64,000 nt of DNA from Laetmonice hystrix (Eukaryota), in contig OZ249436.1 of assembly GCA_965235115.1 (NCBI GenBank), positions 11,224,001 through 11,288,000 on the forward strand. Reading direction: 5' to 3'. The translations under genes were made by a program, and so were the position numbers. How positions within the stretch are numbered: position 1 is the first letter of the stretch; every line of letters begins with the position of its first letter. Below the pieces are notes generated by a model, which was given only the letters and a program-made list of their open reading frames with translations, was not told where the DNA came from and ran no database searches. Shown here one piece after another: positions 1-13,692 of this stretch.

Positions 1-306
1 GCAAACCTGACTCTGCAGCAATCCGTCCGAGTCGAGCAAACCAGACTCTGCAGCAATCCGTCCGAGTCGGGCAATCCGTCCGAGTCAAGCAAACCCGACC
101 CTGCAGCAATCCGTCCGAGTCGAGCAAACCGTCCGAGTCGAGCAAACCCGACTCTGCAGCAATCCGTCCGAGTCGAGCAAACCCGACTCTGCAGCAAACC
201 GTCCGAGTCGAGCAAACCCGACTCTGCAGCAAACCGTCCGAGTCGAGCAAACCTGATTCTGCAGCAATCCGTCCGAGTCGAGCAAACCCGACTCTGGAGT
301 CGAGCA
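1..306. repeat. Minisatellite, 35-bp unit (CAAACCCGACTCTGCAGCAATCCGTCCGAGTCGAG), runs off window start
   Basis: Directly visible tandem copies, some internally deleted. Confidence 0.95.
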
Positions 307-1104
307 GAGTTGTAGCCATACCGACGACTCTGCCTCTTTCCAGCTCATTCAGTTTTACACTCGGTTAATCTCTGGCACACAAACTAAAACCTACGAACAT
401 GAATCTACGTACCGTCTAAAGACTGAGCAGGATTTCTCGCCAACATACGAAACCTTTGGTTCCTGAAGTGGGCATTATGAGACGTGTCGTCATCTACACG
501 AGAGCCATATGTAGATTTAGTTTATATTGAAGGGAGGTAATTAAAGAGTACATGCAACGAAGAACTCCATAGTACACATTTAATATGTTAATACTATCGT
601 TTTCTCTTGGGAGTCTCATCACTTTCTCTGATTGCTTTATAAACCTCCCTTTATGCTTCGCAGGCATATTCAGTCGTATAGATGGGAACACTATTGCTTA
701 TAAGGTCGAAGTGGGCCGCCAAACAAAAATACCGCACAGCGGGAACTGACTTGAGTGGTGCAAAACACGTATACCGGGCGCGGCTACACCCGCTTAGAAA
801 CAGCTACAACACTCGCTCAACATGCGCAACGATGATGCGCACAAACAAATGGCGCGATTGTCTTTAAAGGAAAATCTATTCTGTGACTTGATGGTTACGA
901 ACAACCCGGCTCAAGTTAGCCTGGTCCCCTGTGCCTACCATACGCATCCGCTATGTTAGGCCAGGTGCTGGCTAACAGAAAGCTGCGAAACGGAAGTGAT
1001 CCCCCACGGTCGTATCACTCCCATGCACACCCTAACGTTACGAAAACGGAAGTCCTTCCACCGGACTATTCGGCAGCCTACTGACTTGTGCCAACAACCC
1101 CGAC

Positions 1105-1325
1105 GGGGTCCGGCTAAACACCGAAATCAACCGACCAAAACCGAACGAAACCGACCGTGGCATACCAAAAACGTTTCCAGATGGCAATGAAATCCAGCTC
1201 AAACTGTCCATAATACTGAAAAGCACGTTTCGGTTACGGTTAGGGTTAGTTTATATGGTCAGTTTCGGTATATGCCAAGGTCGGGTTCGGTCAATTCGCT
1301 TGGTTTCAGTGTTTAGTCGCACCCC
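1105..1325. mobile_element. MITE-like inverted-repeat element
   Basis: GGGGTCCGGCTAAACACCGAAA ... TTTCAGTGTTTAGTCGCACCCC imperfect TIRs with further internal IR; internal GGTTAGGGTTAG; no clear TSD. Confidence 0.7.
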
Positions 1326-4084
1326 TCTAGACGCATCTATTGTCTACCGATGATAGCAACAGACCCTCTTATAATTCCCTTGACGTCTGACCTTCCGCGA
1401 GAGAAACTACACGGGGTGATCGCAAGATTTGATTCTCGAATCGAAAATCTCGTATGTCCCTCTGTCATTACTGTATGCTCTCTTGCTACACAGGTAAAAA
1501 TTCAATTATAGACCTAACTCTAATTTTCAGTTGATTAAAACCAGGAATCACATTATGAATTAGGAAGACCAGTTTCCATGGCAACCTGTGTGACGAGCAT
1601 AGCTCCTTTATTATATCCGTTTAAGTGGACCAGAAGCATCTCTTTATAATGGGAAAGATGGCATATGTTTACCACCTTTGCCCTATAACGCTCACGCTAC
1701 GAACAACATCAAGGGACGAAGCCTTTAAGCTACGCCCGGTGATAGATGGCATCTTTCAAGACCTCAGACATCGCGCCCTACGCTCCTTCCACGCTCGTCG
1801 CGTCGATGGGCCACGTCGGTACAGACCTTGCTCACTGTCTTTGATAACCGGCGGGAATCTCGAGCTCTTTGATTGTAATAGCAGACGACTTTTGGTACAC
1901 CGATATACGGATACATTTCTAGCGAGGGTAAACGTGAAGTAGAAAATGTACATTGAAACATTGGGCGTATGTATAATATCCAATAAAAAGGCGAGGAACT
2001 TGAAATCTGACTGATCTTTCATAAACTGTTTGTTGGTACTCGCAATAGCATGTCGAGACGTACGAGCTTCGTCATCCTGACGTGCGTAAAAATCGCCATT
2101 GAAAATTCAGCGATGTTATGGGCACGACAACCTTCAGGAGATCAGGTTGTTAAACGTATCCTACATAGGCAGCACCGCACCGCTTTTAGGTGACAGCAAG
2201 ACACTTTGGGCCATTTAAAGGGTTTCTAAGACGGGCGGAATCAACTGGAATGTATTATGTTATGGAATAATGTGACATGGCACTTTTAAGGTAAAGAATA
2301 GATAATTAGTGAAACATCCGTCCCCACATAGACCTCGTTGGCTCAGCGACCATTTATAAAGACGTCTTTTGGGCTTAGTGAAACGCACCCCAGGCTCAAT
2401 ATGTGGGCTATTTTCAAAACTTCATTTATAAAATACCTTCGCTTATCGCTCGAACCTGAAATTCTAACATGGTGTCCCTGGTGGTCAAAGAAAAGTAGTT
2501 GAAGAATTTGGGGCGCCACTTTAAGTTTTAACCGTCTCCAAGTAGTATACTAAAGACATTACCAGTTCCTTGGCCTTCATATTGTTAATTTCCAACTGCT
2601 ATATTTCAAATTTGTTTCTTGAGATTTTCATTGCGATATCTTGTATGAAAGAAGCAAGGGAAACGCTCTTGAAGTAAACATGAAAGAAACGGCGGTAATA
2701 GATTATACAATAATATACAATATATGTACTCTCCAGGTCACTCTCCAGTGTATACAATATACGATGAATATCATATCGAAATGAAAATGTCACATTGACG
2801 GTCAACACTGGAATAAATATCGGGAAAGTGCTAAATTCAATGGATTTCGCGAGTTTACGACGACTGGACCAACCCACATAAACCTGATCATTGAGGCAGA
2901 CAATCAATAGTCAGCCTCCATTTTCTAGAGAAGGAAGCCTTCACGGAGTATAAAATACCATGTCAAACCAGCACCTAATAGAACCTACCGTGAGCGCACG
3001 TTCCATTCGTGTGTTCAACTGCCAAACCATTGAATAGACAGACATCATCATAAAATGGAAAGTATTCAGACTTGGCGCTGTTCACGAAAATGCAATTGCT
3101 ACGGCTTTCAGCTGTTGCGTGAAGTCGTCTTGCGAATTTGTTTGGATGACTATTGGCGGTCGACAGTGCGTGAGAAGCTGGCGACAGGGAAGTACGCAAG
3201 TCTCAACTGTCTACATTACATTCCTTACAATGTAAAGGTCTCCATTCCTTACAATGTAAAGTATTTCAGGGTTCATACATTGAGTTACCTCTCACATCAC
3301 TTACCCTATACATTCGGCCCCAACACATTAAATTCTTGTCTAAAAGTAGTTTCTATAAAAAGCAAAATTTTCAACATTATAGTTTTAAACTTATAATGAG
3401 ACCACTACAGCACATCCGTTAACATGTGGATGTTTATTCAGTGATACGCATGACAACATAGTATATACAAATAATCTGTTTGCAAGTCGCACTGCTTAGA
3501 CAGTGATAAGTCAATGACATCTTCACCAGCGTTTAATTTACCCGCGACCAACTCATTAAACCAAATCAATGTTTACGGCGAGAAAGCCAACCAACGTTCA
3601 GATTTTGACACCGTATACGTTTCATGGTTGGCAATAGAAGACAATAATAGGTAGCCTATACATATTGCCTCTCCAGCTCCCATACTTTGTTTGATAAACA
3701 TAAAAACATGTATCCGTGCCTACATACATGGGTATAGGCTAAACTTCCATTAGTGGCAGAGGTTGGGGGAGAGCTGATCGACTGATTTAAGACTTTCAAT
3801 TAGTCATCAAACTTGACCTTTGTAACTTAATTATTGTTTACTGAACGATAGACAAAGTTGCCAACAAACTTGAGAGAAAAAACTGTTTGTTAAGAAGTGA
3901 AAGGTCATGCCTGAACTAAGTACGAGTACAAGTACTGAGAGGAGTTAATCATAGGCTTGTACTTGAATAGAAAAGTAGCTTTATACATGTGCCAAATGTA
4001 GTTTTAAATTTTGGATTTTGATTGGGAGTTTACGTTTTCGCAAATGCCAGGATCATATCGAGCGGTCAGTTTTACTTGAGTATC

Positions 4085-4165
4085 TCGGGGGAAACTGCCG
4101 ACCTTACAGCAGGTAACTGCCAAACCTTTTCACATCAGCTCAAAGGGGATTCGAACCCAGAGAGG
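4085..4165 (-). mobile_element. tRNA-derived SINE fragment
   Basis: Reverse-strand B-box GGGTTCGAATCCC followed by a body resembling invertebrate SINE cores (family not determined). Confidence 0.5.
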
Positions 4166-5539
4166 CTCTCTCGTGCCAACTGCAGCAACAGTTAACTCCT
4201 CAATCTGAAATCAACTATTTTGGAAATGTCACGAATACTGACAACTATACTGTCTTCTTTTTTTACAATCTTGGGCCCAGCAGAAAGAGTCATTTACGAC
4301 GCATAACCATGCATGCATGTGGTGGCAAATGCCATTTGAATTAAAGAATGAAAAAAACATACACAACTTAGTTGTTTTAAAAAAAACAACCATCGAAGAA
4401 ACGAGGCACCATTTGCGGGGCCATGGACAGCTTTCCAATGTTTCAAGTACGAGTCTTGCTCGGCCTCTCCTTTGGGAATGGCCCTAAAAGGTTGAGCCCG
4501 TTCGATGACAACAGTTAGAACGTTGCAGACATCTGCTCATCCGAAGTGGTCGTGCTGGAACCGAAGGAGATGCTCGTTGTGGACATGTTAGAAGGATTGT
4601 CACCCATTGATTTGTGGTTGTTGAATGGGCGGTGTTAGAGACGCACATGGCCCGGTGCTGCCAGAAGTTGACCCCTGTGGACGGACCCGGTGATAGCCTG
4701 ATTAACGTGCGTGGCAGTAGGCGGGAAGAGCACGACGAGGATTGTGGTCATCAGTTGCGCAACAGGTTACGTAACCGTTAATACAATCAGCGCGAGTCCT
4801 GCATTTAACGAACCGTTGTAACGATCTGTTAACAAGGGGTATAGGTTACAGCAACGCTATTATCTGAGCATGGTCGGTAACAAATCCTGACATGTTTTCA
4901 GTGGCGTATCCAGGAGGGTTTCCAAGTATCCCGGAACCCCCCGTTAAGAAAATACTATATTTAGGATATTTTGCTAAAAAAGGGGGTGTATTCCTTAGTT
5001 TAACCAAAGGAAACCTTCATATTTCCACATATGTCCCGTGATTGCATTAGTGTCATGAGAATGCGGAGAGAAATCAAAATATCATTCTACATCATTGATG
5101 TCCATTGACTGTTGACCTAGGCCGCCAGTCCGTAAGGTTGTTTACAGTATAGACCTGCTATGTGGATTTATCATTGTGACACCTATATCTGACAAATACT
5201 GACAGGCTTTTGTAACGGTAAACGTAATTAAACAAATTTATGCTCCAGAACGGGTAGGTGCGAGTACATTATAATAAATATATTGTGTCTCCTTGGTCAG
5301 TGTTCGATTTGAAGTGTATTGCTATCGGCTGGGAAGTCTCCAGGGCCAACTGACTACAAGCAGCGGGTAGGTGCGGGGTGCTCTGAGCGGTTGTTTCAGG
5401 TGGGGAAGGTTCGTTATATTGATGAATCATACACCACTGGGATACTTGGTACCGGACGAGTCCTACTCGCCCCCCCACTGAGACGAGAGGTTGTCCAATA
5501 AGAAATAGTCGCAGTTAATACTTTTACTATTCGCCCAAT

Positions 5540-5864
5540 CGTACCTGGCAGCTGAGCAGCAGCTCGGCGGCCTCCTGTCGCTGGCCTGCTAGTCTCGGCC
5601 GAGCCGATTTAAAACGCCTGTCTCAGCAGCTCTGTCTGCAGTCGCATGCTGATATCCGTGGGTGCAACAGGCAAGTAACTGCGCGCGTACTGCTCGGCCG
5701 GCTACCTCAGCGCGCACCGGCTGACGTGCGGACTGACAGCAAGTGTCACTACCTGGTACCGACCAGAGCAGGAGAGAAACTGCATGAAGCGCCGTGAGGA
5801 AAGATAAATCGGGTTGAGAGAGGCGCCAAAGGCATCATCACTCTGGTTTAACGTGCTACTGAAG
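5540..5864 (+). promoter_or_regulatory. Putative GC-rich promoter/5'UTR with TATA-like TTTAAAA (about 5608) and a short uORF (5784-5807)
   Basis: GC/CpG-rich stretch directly upstream of the start codon; transcription start site unknown. Confidence 0.35.
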
Positions 5865-7130
5865 ATGATGGACGGGTTCAGTAACGTCAGAAGTGAACGT
5901 CCCAAGATACGAAGTTTAGTAACTACAGGTAAGGAGATGGGCACAGACAACCAAATCACCCGGCGATCGGTCTCCGATATATCGACGGGATCCGAGTTGA
6001 ATGTACCAAGAACGTTTATGGGAGGGCTGGCCACCGCCTCGGACGGCACCGACGAGATGGGAACCGCCGGGACAGGCGCCTTTTCTCCAAGCTTCCAGGG
6101 ACATGGCCAACGACACCGACATCATCGTTTGGATTCCACCCATCACCACCACATGGAGCGTCACCTGTCAACCCCACTGGCAACGAACCGTTCAGGAACC
6201 TACGAGGTCTCGTCGCATGATGACATTGCCTCTCACACCCCAGATACCGTTGTGCCTTTTAACGAAGTGTTCTTTCGCGGTGTGACATCAGTGGGGCACG
6301 GCGGACCATTAGGGGGGTCATCAGTTTCCAGTAACCGAAGCTACGTGTTTGCAGGGGGAGACAACACAACTTTCTACCACAACGTGCCCTACACCTTCTC
6401 AAACAGCACCGCGGGCGTGGGGAACTCGAGTCATGATGGACTTGCTTTGCCTGCCGCTGGCGGTCTCCCAGCTGAGGAGCAGACCGTCCTGGTTATACTC
6501 TACACTCTTACCACCTTACTGGCTGTGTCGGGAAATGTGATTGTTATACTTGTTTTCACGTTTGGCAAACGATCGCGGACAGACCTCAGAGTCTTTCTGA
6601 TAAACTTGGCTTTTGCAGACCTCATCATGGCCATCTTTTGTATGCCGTTTACATTCACAATGACAATGCTAGGGAACTGGATCTTCTCAGCCCCCATGTG
6701 CCCCATTGTTTTATACATGCAGACTGTATCGGTAACAGCCAGCGTGTGTACCAATATGGCTATTGGTATAGACCGCTTTTGGGTCGTTTCCTTTCCACTG
6801 AAAAGTCGGATTACGAAGTCGCGATCTCGAATGGTGATAGGAATAGTGTGGATTATAGCCTTTGGATTATCCTCAGTTCAGCTGATTGTGGGCAGGATTC
6901 GTATGGTCGACCCATCGGGGGAGTCAGACGTCAGTATGTGTGAGGAGAACTGGCCGTCGGAGATTTGGCGCCGAGTCTACACGTTTTTCATCCTCATCCT
7001 TACCTACCTGATGCCACTGACCATTCTCAGCCTAACCTACGGCATAGTGGCCACCAAGCTCTGGCAGCGCACTACCCCGGGTAACGCAGACCAGGCCCGA
7101 GATTCTCACCAACTTCGCTCCAAACGAAAG
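5865..7130 (+). CDS. Class A neuropeptide-type GPCR, coding exon 1 (N-terminus, TM1-TM5, ICL3); leucokinin/luqin-RYamide/tachykinin/GPR83-like clade
   Basis: First ATG after the in-frame TAA (5805-5807) is at 5865. Motifs: TM1 GN (SGNVIV), TM2 NLAFAD..CMPF, ECL1 W.F...C, TM3 GIDRF, TM4 W, TM5 Y.MPL...Y, ICL3 PGNAD..RD..RSKRK. Ends at donor AAG|GTACGT (7130/7131); 1266 nt = 422 codons, phase 0. Subfamily judged from recalled motifs, not a search. Confidence 0.93.
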
Positions 7131-8732
7131 GTACGTGAGGCTACCGTCGCTACTCCAAGCACGGCCAGGTTTTCTTTTTACGTCATTGGTTTATTTTTTA
7201 TACTTTTATCACACGTCCGTTAATGGATTATGCACAGTCACCATTTGACTCTGCACTCCCCTATACCCGCTCCATCGCCTAAAGTTGACGTGTTTGTTAT
7301 TAAAATATTATCTTAATGCACATTATAATGGTTCGTGCTCAACACTATGACAACCCTGCACGTTTTCTTGGCTAACTGAAGCTTGAAGATAGTTTCGCTG
7401 TGGACTTCAGGAATATGTTTGTTTTTACCTCGACAACTGCTATTTGACAGCAGAGGTAAATTATACCCACCAATGAATGTGATACCCATAATTCTTTATA
7501 ACGCATTACGATGAAATACGGTAAATCGATAATTAGAAGACTCGGCCAGAATCTATCACTTTGACCATCGTAAGTGTTAGCAGGGCCTTTCCCTTTCCAT
7601 ATGCCTTAAAATAAGAAAAGTCCCTGATAAATGGCATATAAAGCCTACAAACACAAACGTTGTCCACCTACGTGTAGGACATGGATGGTTTGAAAAGAAA
7701 GGTTGGGAGATATTGGAACAACCCTTGAACGCCACCGATGTAAATAATTCATACTCGATCCTTGATACCGGGGGCTAAAAAGGAGTTGGTAATTGTCTAT
7801 GAATACCACGACTGACTTCAGTGGCAGCGATCGGGATACGTCGCTTGTAGGGTAAGCTCAGCTAAATCCTGCCGTAAGCCAGGACCGAGGCCTGTCCTGG
7901 CACGGAGAGTTGGCCATGGATTGCCTCTCTATTTATGGGCCCACCCTTTTATGATTCCGTGTCAAAATGAAGTGAGGGAGTGTGTGTCAAAAGATATTCA
8001 TTCCATATGTAGGGTTAAAAGATAAGGTCGAAAACGCAGTGATATTTCTAATCAAGCGGTAATACGTGTCAGAATGTGAAAGGGCATGGCATAAATACCC
8101 CATGGTTCTGGCAGTTCATCTGAATGGGAATATTCAAAATTTGAATTAAAAAAGGGAGAAACAAAATCCTGTATGATGCAAATGCTTTGACTTCTCATTT
8201 AAGCGACCGACTGAAGTGTCTGCCAGACCGAAAACCGACCCTTTATGATATCTTTGTGCTTTGGCCAAATATTTAAAGAAACATTGCTTTTTCACCAAAG
8301 GTTTAGAAATGGGAGTAACTCTGAAAATGTCTGAACCTTTAATGTTAAATTGGATAATTGAGATGAGCTGCATTGTCTGGTGTCATGTTTAATAATGATA
8401 CGAGGTACCTTTGAATTAGTATCCTCGAGCGCTGACGAGTAATCTGCATGGATCGTCCCTTTTTTTACGGAGCAATATCTTAAAACGATTGACGACCAGG
8501 ATGAAGGCCAAGCTGTCGTCCCCGATTGGTGCTGTTGGCCGGAGTAGGCAAGCACAATGATTTGAGACGTTGCGCTCTCAGCTGTTACCGAGGCCAACTC
8601 CAAATGTTCGATATCTCATGCCGGACGGACACTGAGTAGTTGGACGGGTTCCAGCAAGTCTCTCACACACGCGTGTGTGGGGGGGGGGGGGGGGGGGGGG
8701 GCAGTCTTTTGGAGAAAACATAAATTCATGCA

Positions 8733-9820
8733 AAAGCCCGCCTCACGCGGTGCGATTTTCTCTACGATACGATACAATTCGATGTCGTGTCAGAATTGTA
8801 ATGCGCGCAAAATGGGAGGCCAGAGCGCTCATAGCCAATCATTTCAAATAAAGTTTTGCCTTTATCATCAGCCATTGAGTCCAATGAATTTAGCTCAAGT
8901 CCTTCTACAAAGCAGATTCAGGTGATTTTTCAAACCAAACGGGCACTTCAACATCGTCACGGCCGGCGGCCATTTTAAATAAACCGCGACTGGGGTCAAG
9001 GTCACAAAGGGAGCAGTTAGTATTTAAGAAGGGGGCCTGGATCTCGGACCATAATGGAGGAGTGCTTGGCTGCTTGTGTGATGAAATGCTCCCCTACTGG
9101 CCTTTAGTGGGCATGCGCATTAGGACTAACAACATGGCATGGCTCGTTTTCAAACGTCTAATTTATTAAATATATGGGATAAAAAAAACAAGAAAAAGTG
9201 AACAATGGAGCGGTTTGATGAGAAGGAATACACCAATTTGATCAAACGGCATGATTCACGACGAATTGTACACAGCGGTGAGTTCGCATTGGAGGTATAG
9301 TTTTAACGACACGCGATGTCAGTCCCTGTTTGCTGGCAACTGGGACGACACTCAGTCAATGTAGAGCACAGCACGATGCATCCCCTCACATGCTGCGATT
9401 TGTCTGCGATATTCTACGAAGTTGTGTTCCCTTTTCTGGGCGGGAGATTGGCATTCCTTTACAAAATGGCGGAGTTGTGTGTGTACCGGCGGAACTCGCG
9501 GCGGAACTCTTCATCGCGCATGCGCTGGAAGACGATTGACCTACGATACGACACAATTCACTACATGTGCCAGCGATTTTATAAGATACGACACAATGTT
9601 CCGACATACGCTACGACGGGCCTCTCACACGCTGCAATTATGTACGATATGTCCGATATGTACGCTACAATGTTGCACGATTGAAAAATTTTGAACATGT
9701 TCAAAAGTCTGCCATACGACAAGACAGCCTCGTATCGCAGGGAATTGTATCGCAGCCTACCTCACACGGTGCGACAATCAAGGATATGGTGACGTATCGC
9801 ACCGTGTGAGACTGGCTTTA
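8733..9820. mobile_element. Non-autonomous TIR element, PIF/Harbinger-like
   Basis: AAAGCCCGCCTCACGCGGTGCGAT ... ATCGCACCGTGTGAGACTGGCTTTA inverted termini; internal TACGATACGA-type subrepeats; no transposase ORF. Confidence 0.65.
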
Positions 9821-10103
9821 ATAATGATGGACCGGATGTGCGAGCCAGCTAGATGGACCGGTTGGTTGTAATGTAATGTAATGGTTGGACCTGGACATGA
9901 GGGTACTGGCCGCTGTAACTTAGGCCTATCATCCAACGACAAGTTTCAACCTCAATCCTACCTGAGTATCTAGACTGACCCTGAAGGATAAAACAGTCTC
10001 AAGGTCACAAATACGCCAGGTATGTGTCGTAATTGTACACACATTACCCTAGAACTGTATACGTCCCGCTACAGTTCTATGATTATATACCCACATTTAT
10101 TTA

Positions 10104-10374
10104 GGGGTGGACCATCATTTTGATACGTGGGGGGGGGGAGGCGCTATGGTTTGTTTTGGAAAAAAATAATCTGTTCACCAAACACGGAAAAAAATAGTTT
10201 GTTCATCAAACTACACACAAAAAATAGTTCCATATATATAGTATTGTCGAAATGGGGGGAAAATAGTTTGATTAATGGTCATAGCGGAAAAAAGATAGCT
10301 TTGGCCTGGGGGCAAAAAAAAATTTGCTGATGAAGGAAAACCATGGCGCTCCGGTATCAAAATTGGTCCGCCCC
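10104..10374. mobile_element. PIF/Harbinger (Tourist-like) MITE
   Basis: TTA|GGGGTGGACCA..TTTTGATAC ... GTATCAAAATTGGTCCGCCCC|TTA: TIRs plus TTA target-site duplication. Confidence 0.8.
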
Positions 10375-12088
10375 TTATCTATGAGTAGTTTTCAATTCGG
10401 CATTTAAAAGATCTACTTGTCTGCACGAGAAAGTTAGCAAACCCAGGCGATATGCCAACAACAACATCAGGGTGTAATCGATCTTAATTAAAATAACAAT
10501 AGAGCTGTCATTCTTACCAAACCAAGGACATGTTTATCCAACAAATGTGCGTGTTTTCGCCGTTAAACTGCTTTCTATCTGGTAAACAAATTAGTATAAA
10601 ACTCCCATGAGGAGGGGATCTCATTGGGAGAGCGCCATTGATCAGGCAGCGTTATTTTCAAGTCGATCGTTTCATCAGCTGCAGGTTATCTTTTGTCTGC
10701 GCTTCACACATTGCAACATTATAGTTAGCAACGTATTTAATTAATACACAAAAGAATTAGGACATTAGCCATGCATAGAAGGCTCTTCTTTTAAAACTAA
10801 TTAAAAATAAAAAGACAATACCGTATTTCATTACCATCATCTGATTTATATCCGATGTGAATTTTGCAGGCCATGATGGTTCTTTTCTCCTTCAGTTGGC
10901 GATCCAAGTTTTTGTATGTTGTTCCAGTAATCACTGAACTCCAAAATTAGCAGACGCAAATTTATACGCACCAAAATAATGTATAATGTCACTGTGCATT
11001 ATGTACCGTTCCATGTAATCTGTCTGGACCCTGAGCGACATCAGCTGCAATGGGAGTTCGTCGTGACAGGTACAAGATGGAAGCGCAGGTCCAGGGCAAA
11101 TTCACATCTATACCGATCAATTGGTCTATATATAGTCATTGGTGACGTAGGCAATTTCGGGGTCCAGCTATTGGGGACGGCATGCCAGGGCCAGCTGATC
11201 GATTGAAGGCGGGCTTCATATTATGTTTGCCTCTGTAATGCAATATTTCATTCCATCACGGTTCTCGTGTTTTTGGAACTTACGTGCGGTGCCATGAATC
11301 CGTCCAAGTTATATCCAAGAGGCCCCTATGGTAATCTACTTCAATACGCAATAACGCTTGTAGGTCGTTAAGAAAAAACCTGTATAATCACATGTATAGA
11401 ATGTAGCACGTGCATAGATCTATGTGTTCTCAGTTTAATTATTCCGGTCGTGGCCGTATGGGCAGAGTTTATCCCCTTGGTGTTGGTGAGTGGGCCCGTA
11501 TAATTTCTTTACCAGTGTGGTCTCCCATCCTCTGGGCTCGAACGTGTACGATAACACCCGTCATATTATATACATACATAACCCACCCATCGGGGTTGTA
11601 AGTTCTCACATTCTGTGGATGATCAATTACACCAATCTTGCACCAAAAATATAATCTCTATGGGTCCCCTACCGTTTGGTATTATTTTTGTCGATATTGT
11701 GTTTAACTTTAGAAAATGATAGGGGACGCCAAATCGTTCTTTTTCTAGCGCTTGAAAATCTTCCGAGGCCAATATTGTATAGCGGACCTATTCCCACCCG
11801 TTTCGCGACATGCGAGAATGGCGGCGTTCACGGTGACGTATTTACGCTGCTATAGTTTTTTTTATACTTTTAACACCAGAGATAATAATTTATCACTGCT
11901 TTCTACTCATAGCAAGTGTTAACAGAATCAATATGATAAGTATTCAGTGCCATAAAATAAAGTATGTCATTGGTGAGGATGTAAGCATTGGAAGATTCCA
12001 GTTAATTACGCCTGAGATAGAAACTCTTTAACCTGTATTTTTAATACGGTAGACTACGCTTGGCTGGGTGGGACATGGAAAAATTATT

Positions 12089-12283
12089 TTTTCGTTTTCC
12101 CGACTTTTTACTTTCGTTTTCCCCACTTTTCACTTTTGTTTTCTCGACTTTTCACTTTCGTTTTCCAGACTTTTCACTTTCGTTTTCCCGACTTTTCACT
12201 TTCGGTTTCCCGACTTTACACTTCCGTTTTCCCGACTTTTCACTTCCGTTTTCCTGACTTTTCACTTCCGCTTTCCTGACTTT
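12089..12283. repeat. Pyrimidine-rich tandem repeat, 22-bp unit (TTTCGTTTTCCCGACTTTTCAC), about 9 copies
   Basis: Visible tandem copies; explains the F-rich spurious ORFs at 12060 and 12068. Confidence 0.9.
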
Positions 12284-13692
12284 TTTTTGCATTTTGTTGA
12301 ACAAATTATTTTCCCGACTTTAATTAAATTTAAAAAACTCAGGACATTTGCACCAATTTTCAAAGATGAAGCATCCACTATCAGGATTCATTAACAATGT
12401 CTTGTATTTTGGGGTTGTTGTAAGCCTGCAGATAAATGGACTTCATCTGGTTACATGTACTTCCTGTAAACAGGAAGAATCGAACCGTTCCTTTGAGCGA
12501 CCAATTTGCCTTCCCCTCTGACAACGTAGACGATCCGAGCTGGCCGGAGACCGAGTTATTCTTTAACTGTCGTGTGGCACGTGGCCAAAGGTTCCCTCTC
12601 GTGAAGGTGTATTAAACCATAGACCAGAGACGGTTCCGTGCACTGCGGTACTCTAATCTTTACCATGTAACCAGGTGGGCGTGTTTAATCATCGTTGTTA
12701 GTCTGCTGTGCCCCCTGGCACTCGGGGGTAACATAATAGATCCACTGCTATACGTTCAGGTCCAATGGCTGAACAAGTTTAAAAAATTTATTCCTGAAAA
12801 TGGCTGAAAACAGCAAACAGGGCGTAAAAAACATCAGTTCACTCACTGAATCACTCACTGACGCTCGTCTCCTATATAAAACTGATGTTAAAACTATCTT
12901 GGCCTTTGGTGTTTGTTCTGATACCACAACATGGCGGACATGGTGCGAGTAAAGGCGGGTAGGCAAACAGCAGTACAATGTAAATATTGCGTACCATGAA
13001 CAATGCGCTCAACAAAGAACAAAAAAACAACTGAAACTAGTCACGGGATGAAGGTGAGGGGACCCCCCCCCCCCCCAACGCCTCCAGCACGGAAGAGCTT
13101 CCTCACATTCCATATTATATAACAGGGAAGGACGTTTATACTGATTGGGATACAGAAATGATTGTCCTCTTCAGGCAACATCTGCTACAAGAGATTTCTG
13201 GAGAAAGAAGTGACGCGCATGGACGGTAAACATATCTTTTTGTGCGGCCTAATCACTCCTTCGGTGACAGGACCTATTGTTACTCGGACCTCTGGAGGAG
13301 TGACAATGATCGTGCACACAAAAGAAAGCGGACACAAAAACTATTATTCTCCTCATATGAGATGCCTGAGGCGCGGGTAAATCATGCAATCCTGTACAGG
13401 GTTGGGTAGACAGGCCACCAACCTCGGATGTGTCTGGGTCTAGCAGAAAATACAGACCCACCGTTAAAGGGGGATTTAATTTCCGGCCTGTGTATTTCTT
13501 ACCTGTAAGACCAGGTAGGGTGAAGAGAAAGTTCTAGTGCCAGTATCATGCTGGAAGTCGCTATTTAACACCCAGTCATATTTAATGTACACAAAGACTT
13601 TAGCTTCGGAGAAAATCTAATATGTGACGTTCCTATACATCGAACCTGTTCATACAATAATTGTCATGGCACACTCACATACGTTTCGAGAT

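Noticed and set aside
1625..1942. FKLRPVID...VDG resemblance to piggyBac transposase
   Set aside because: Single short motif; downstream conserved motifs absent and no TTAA-flanked TIRs identified.
2900..3200. Minus-strand PVASFSRT, RNase H-like motif
   Set aside because: Too little supporting motif context; needs an HMM search.
5814..5864. ORF-track start at TTG 5814
   Set aside because: Non-ATG start called under prokaryotic rules; the first ATG in frame is 5865.
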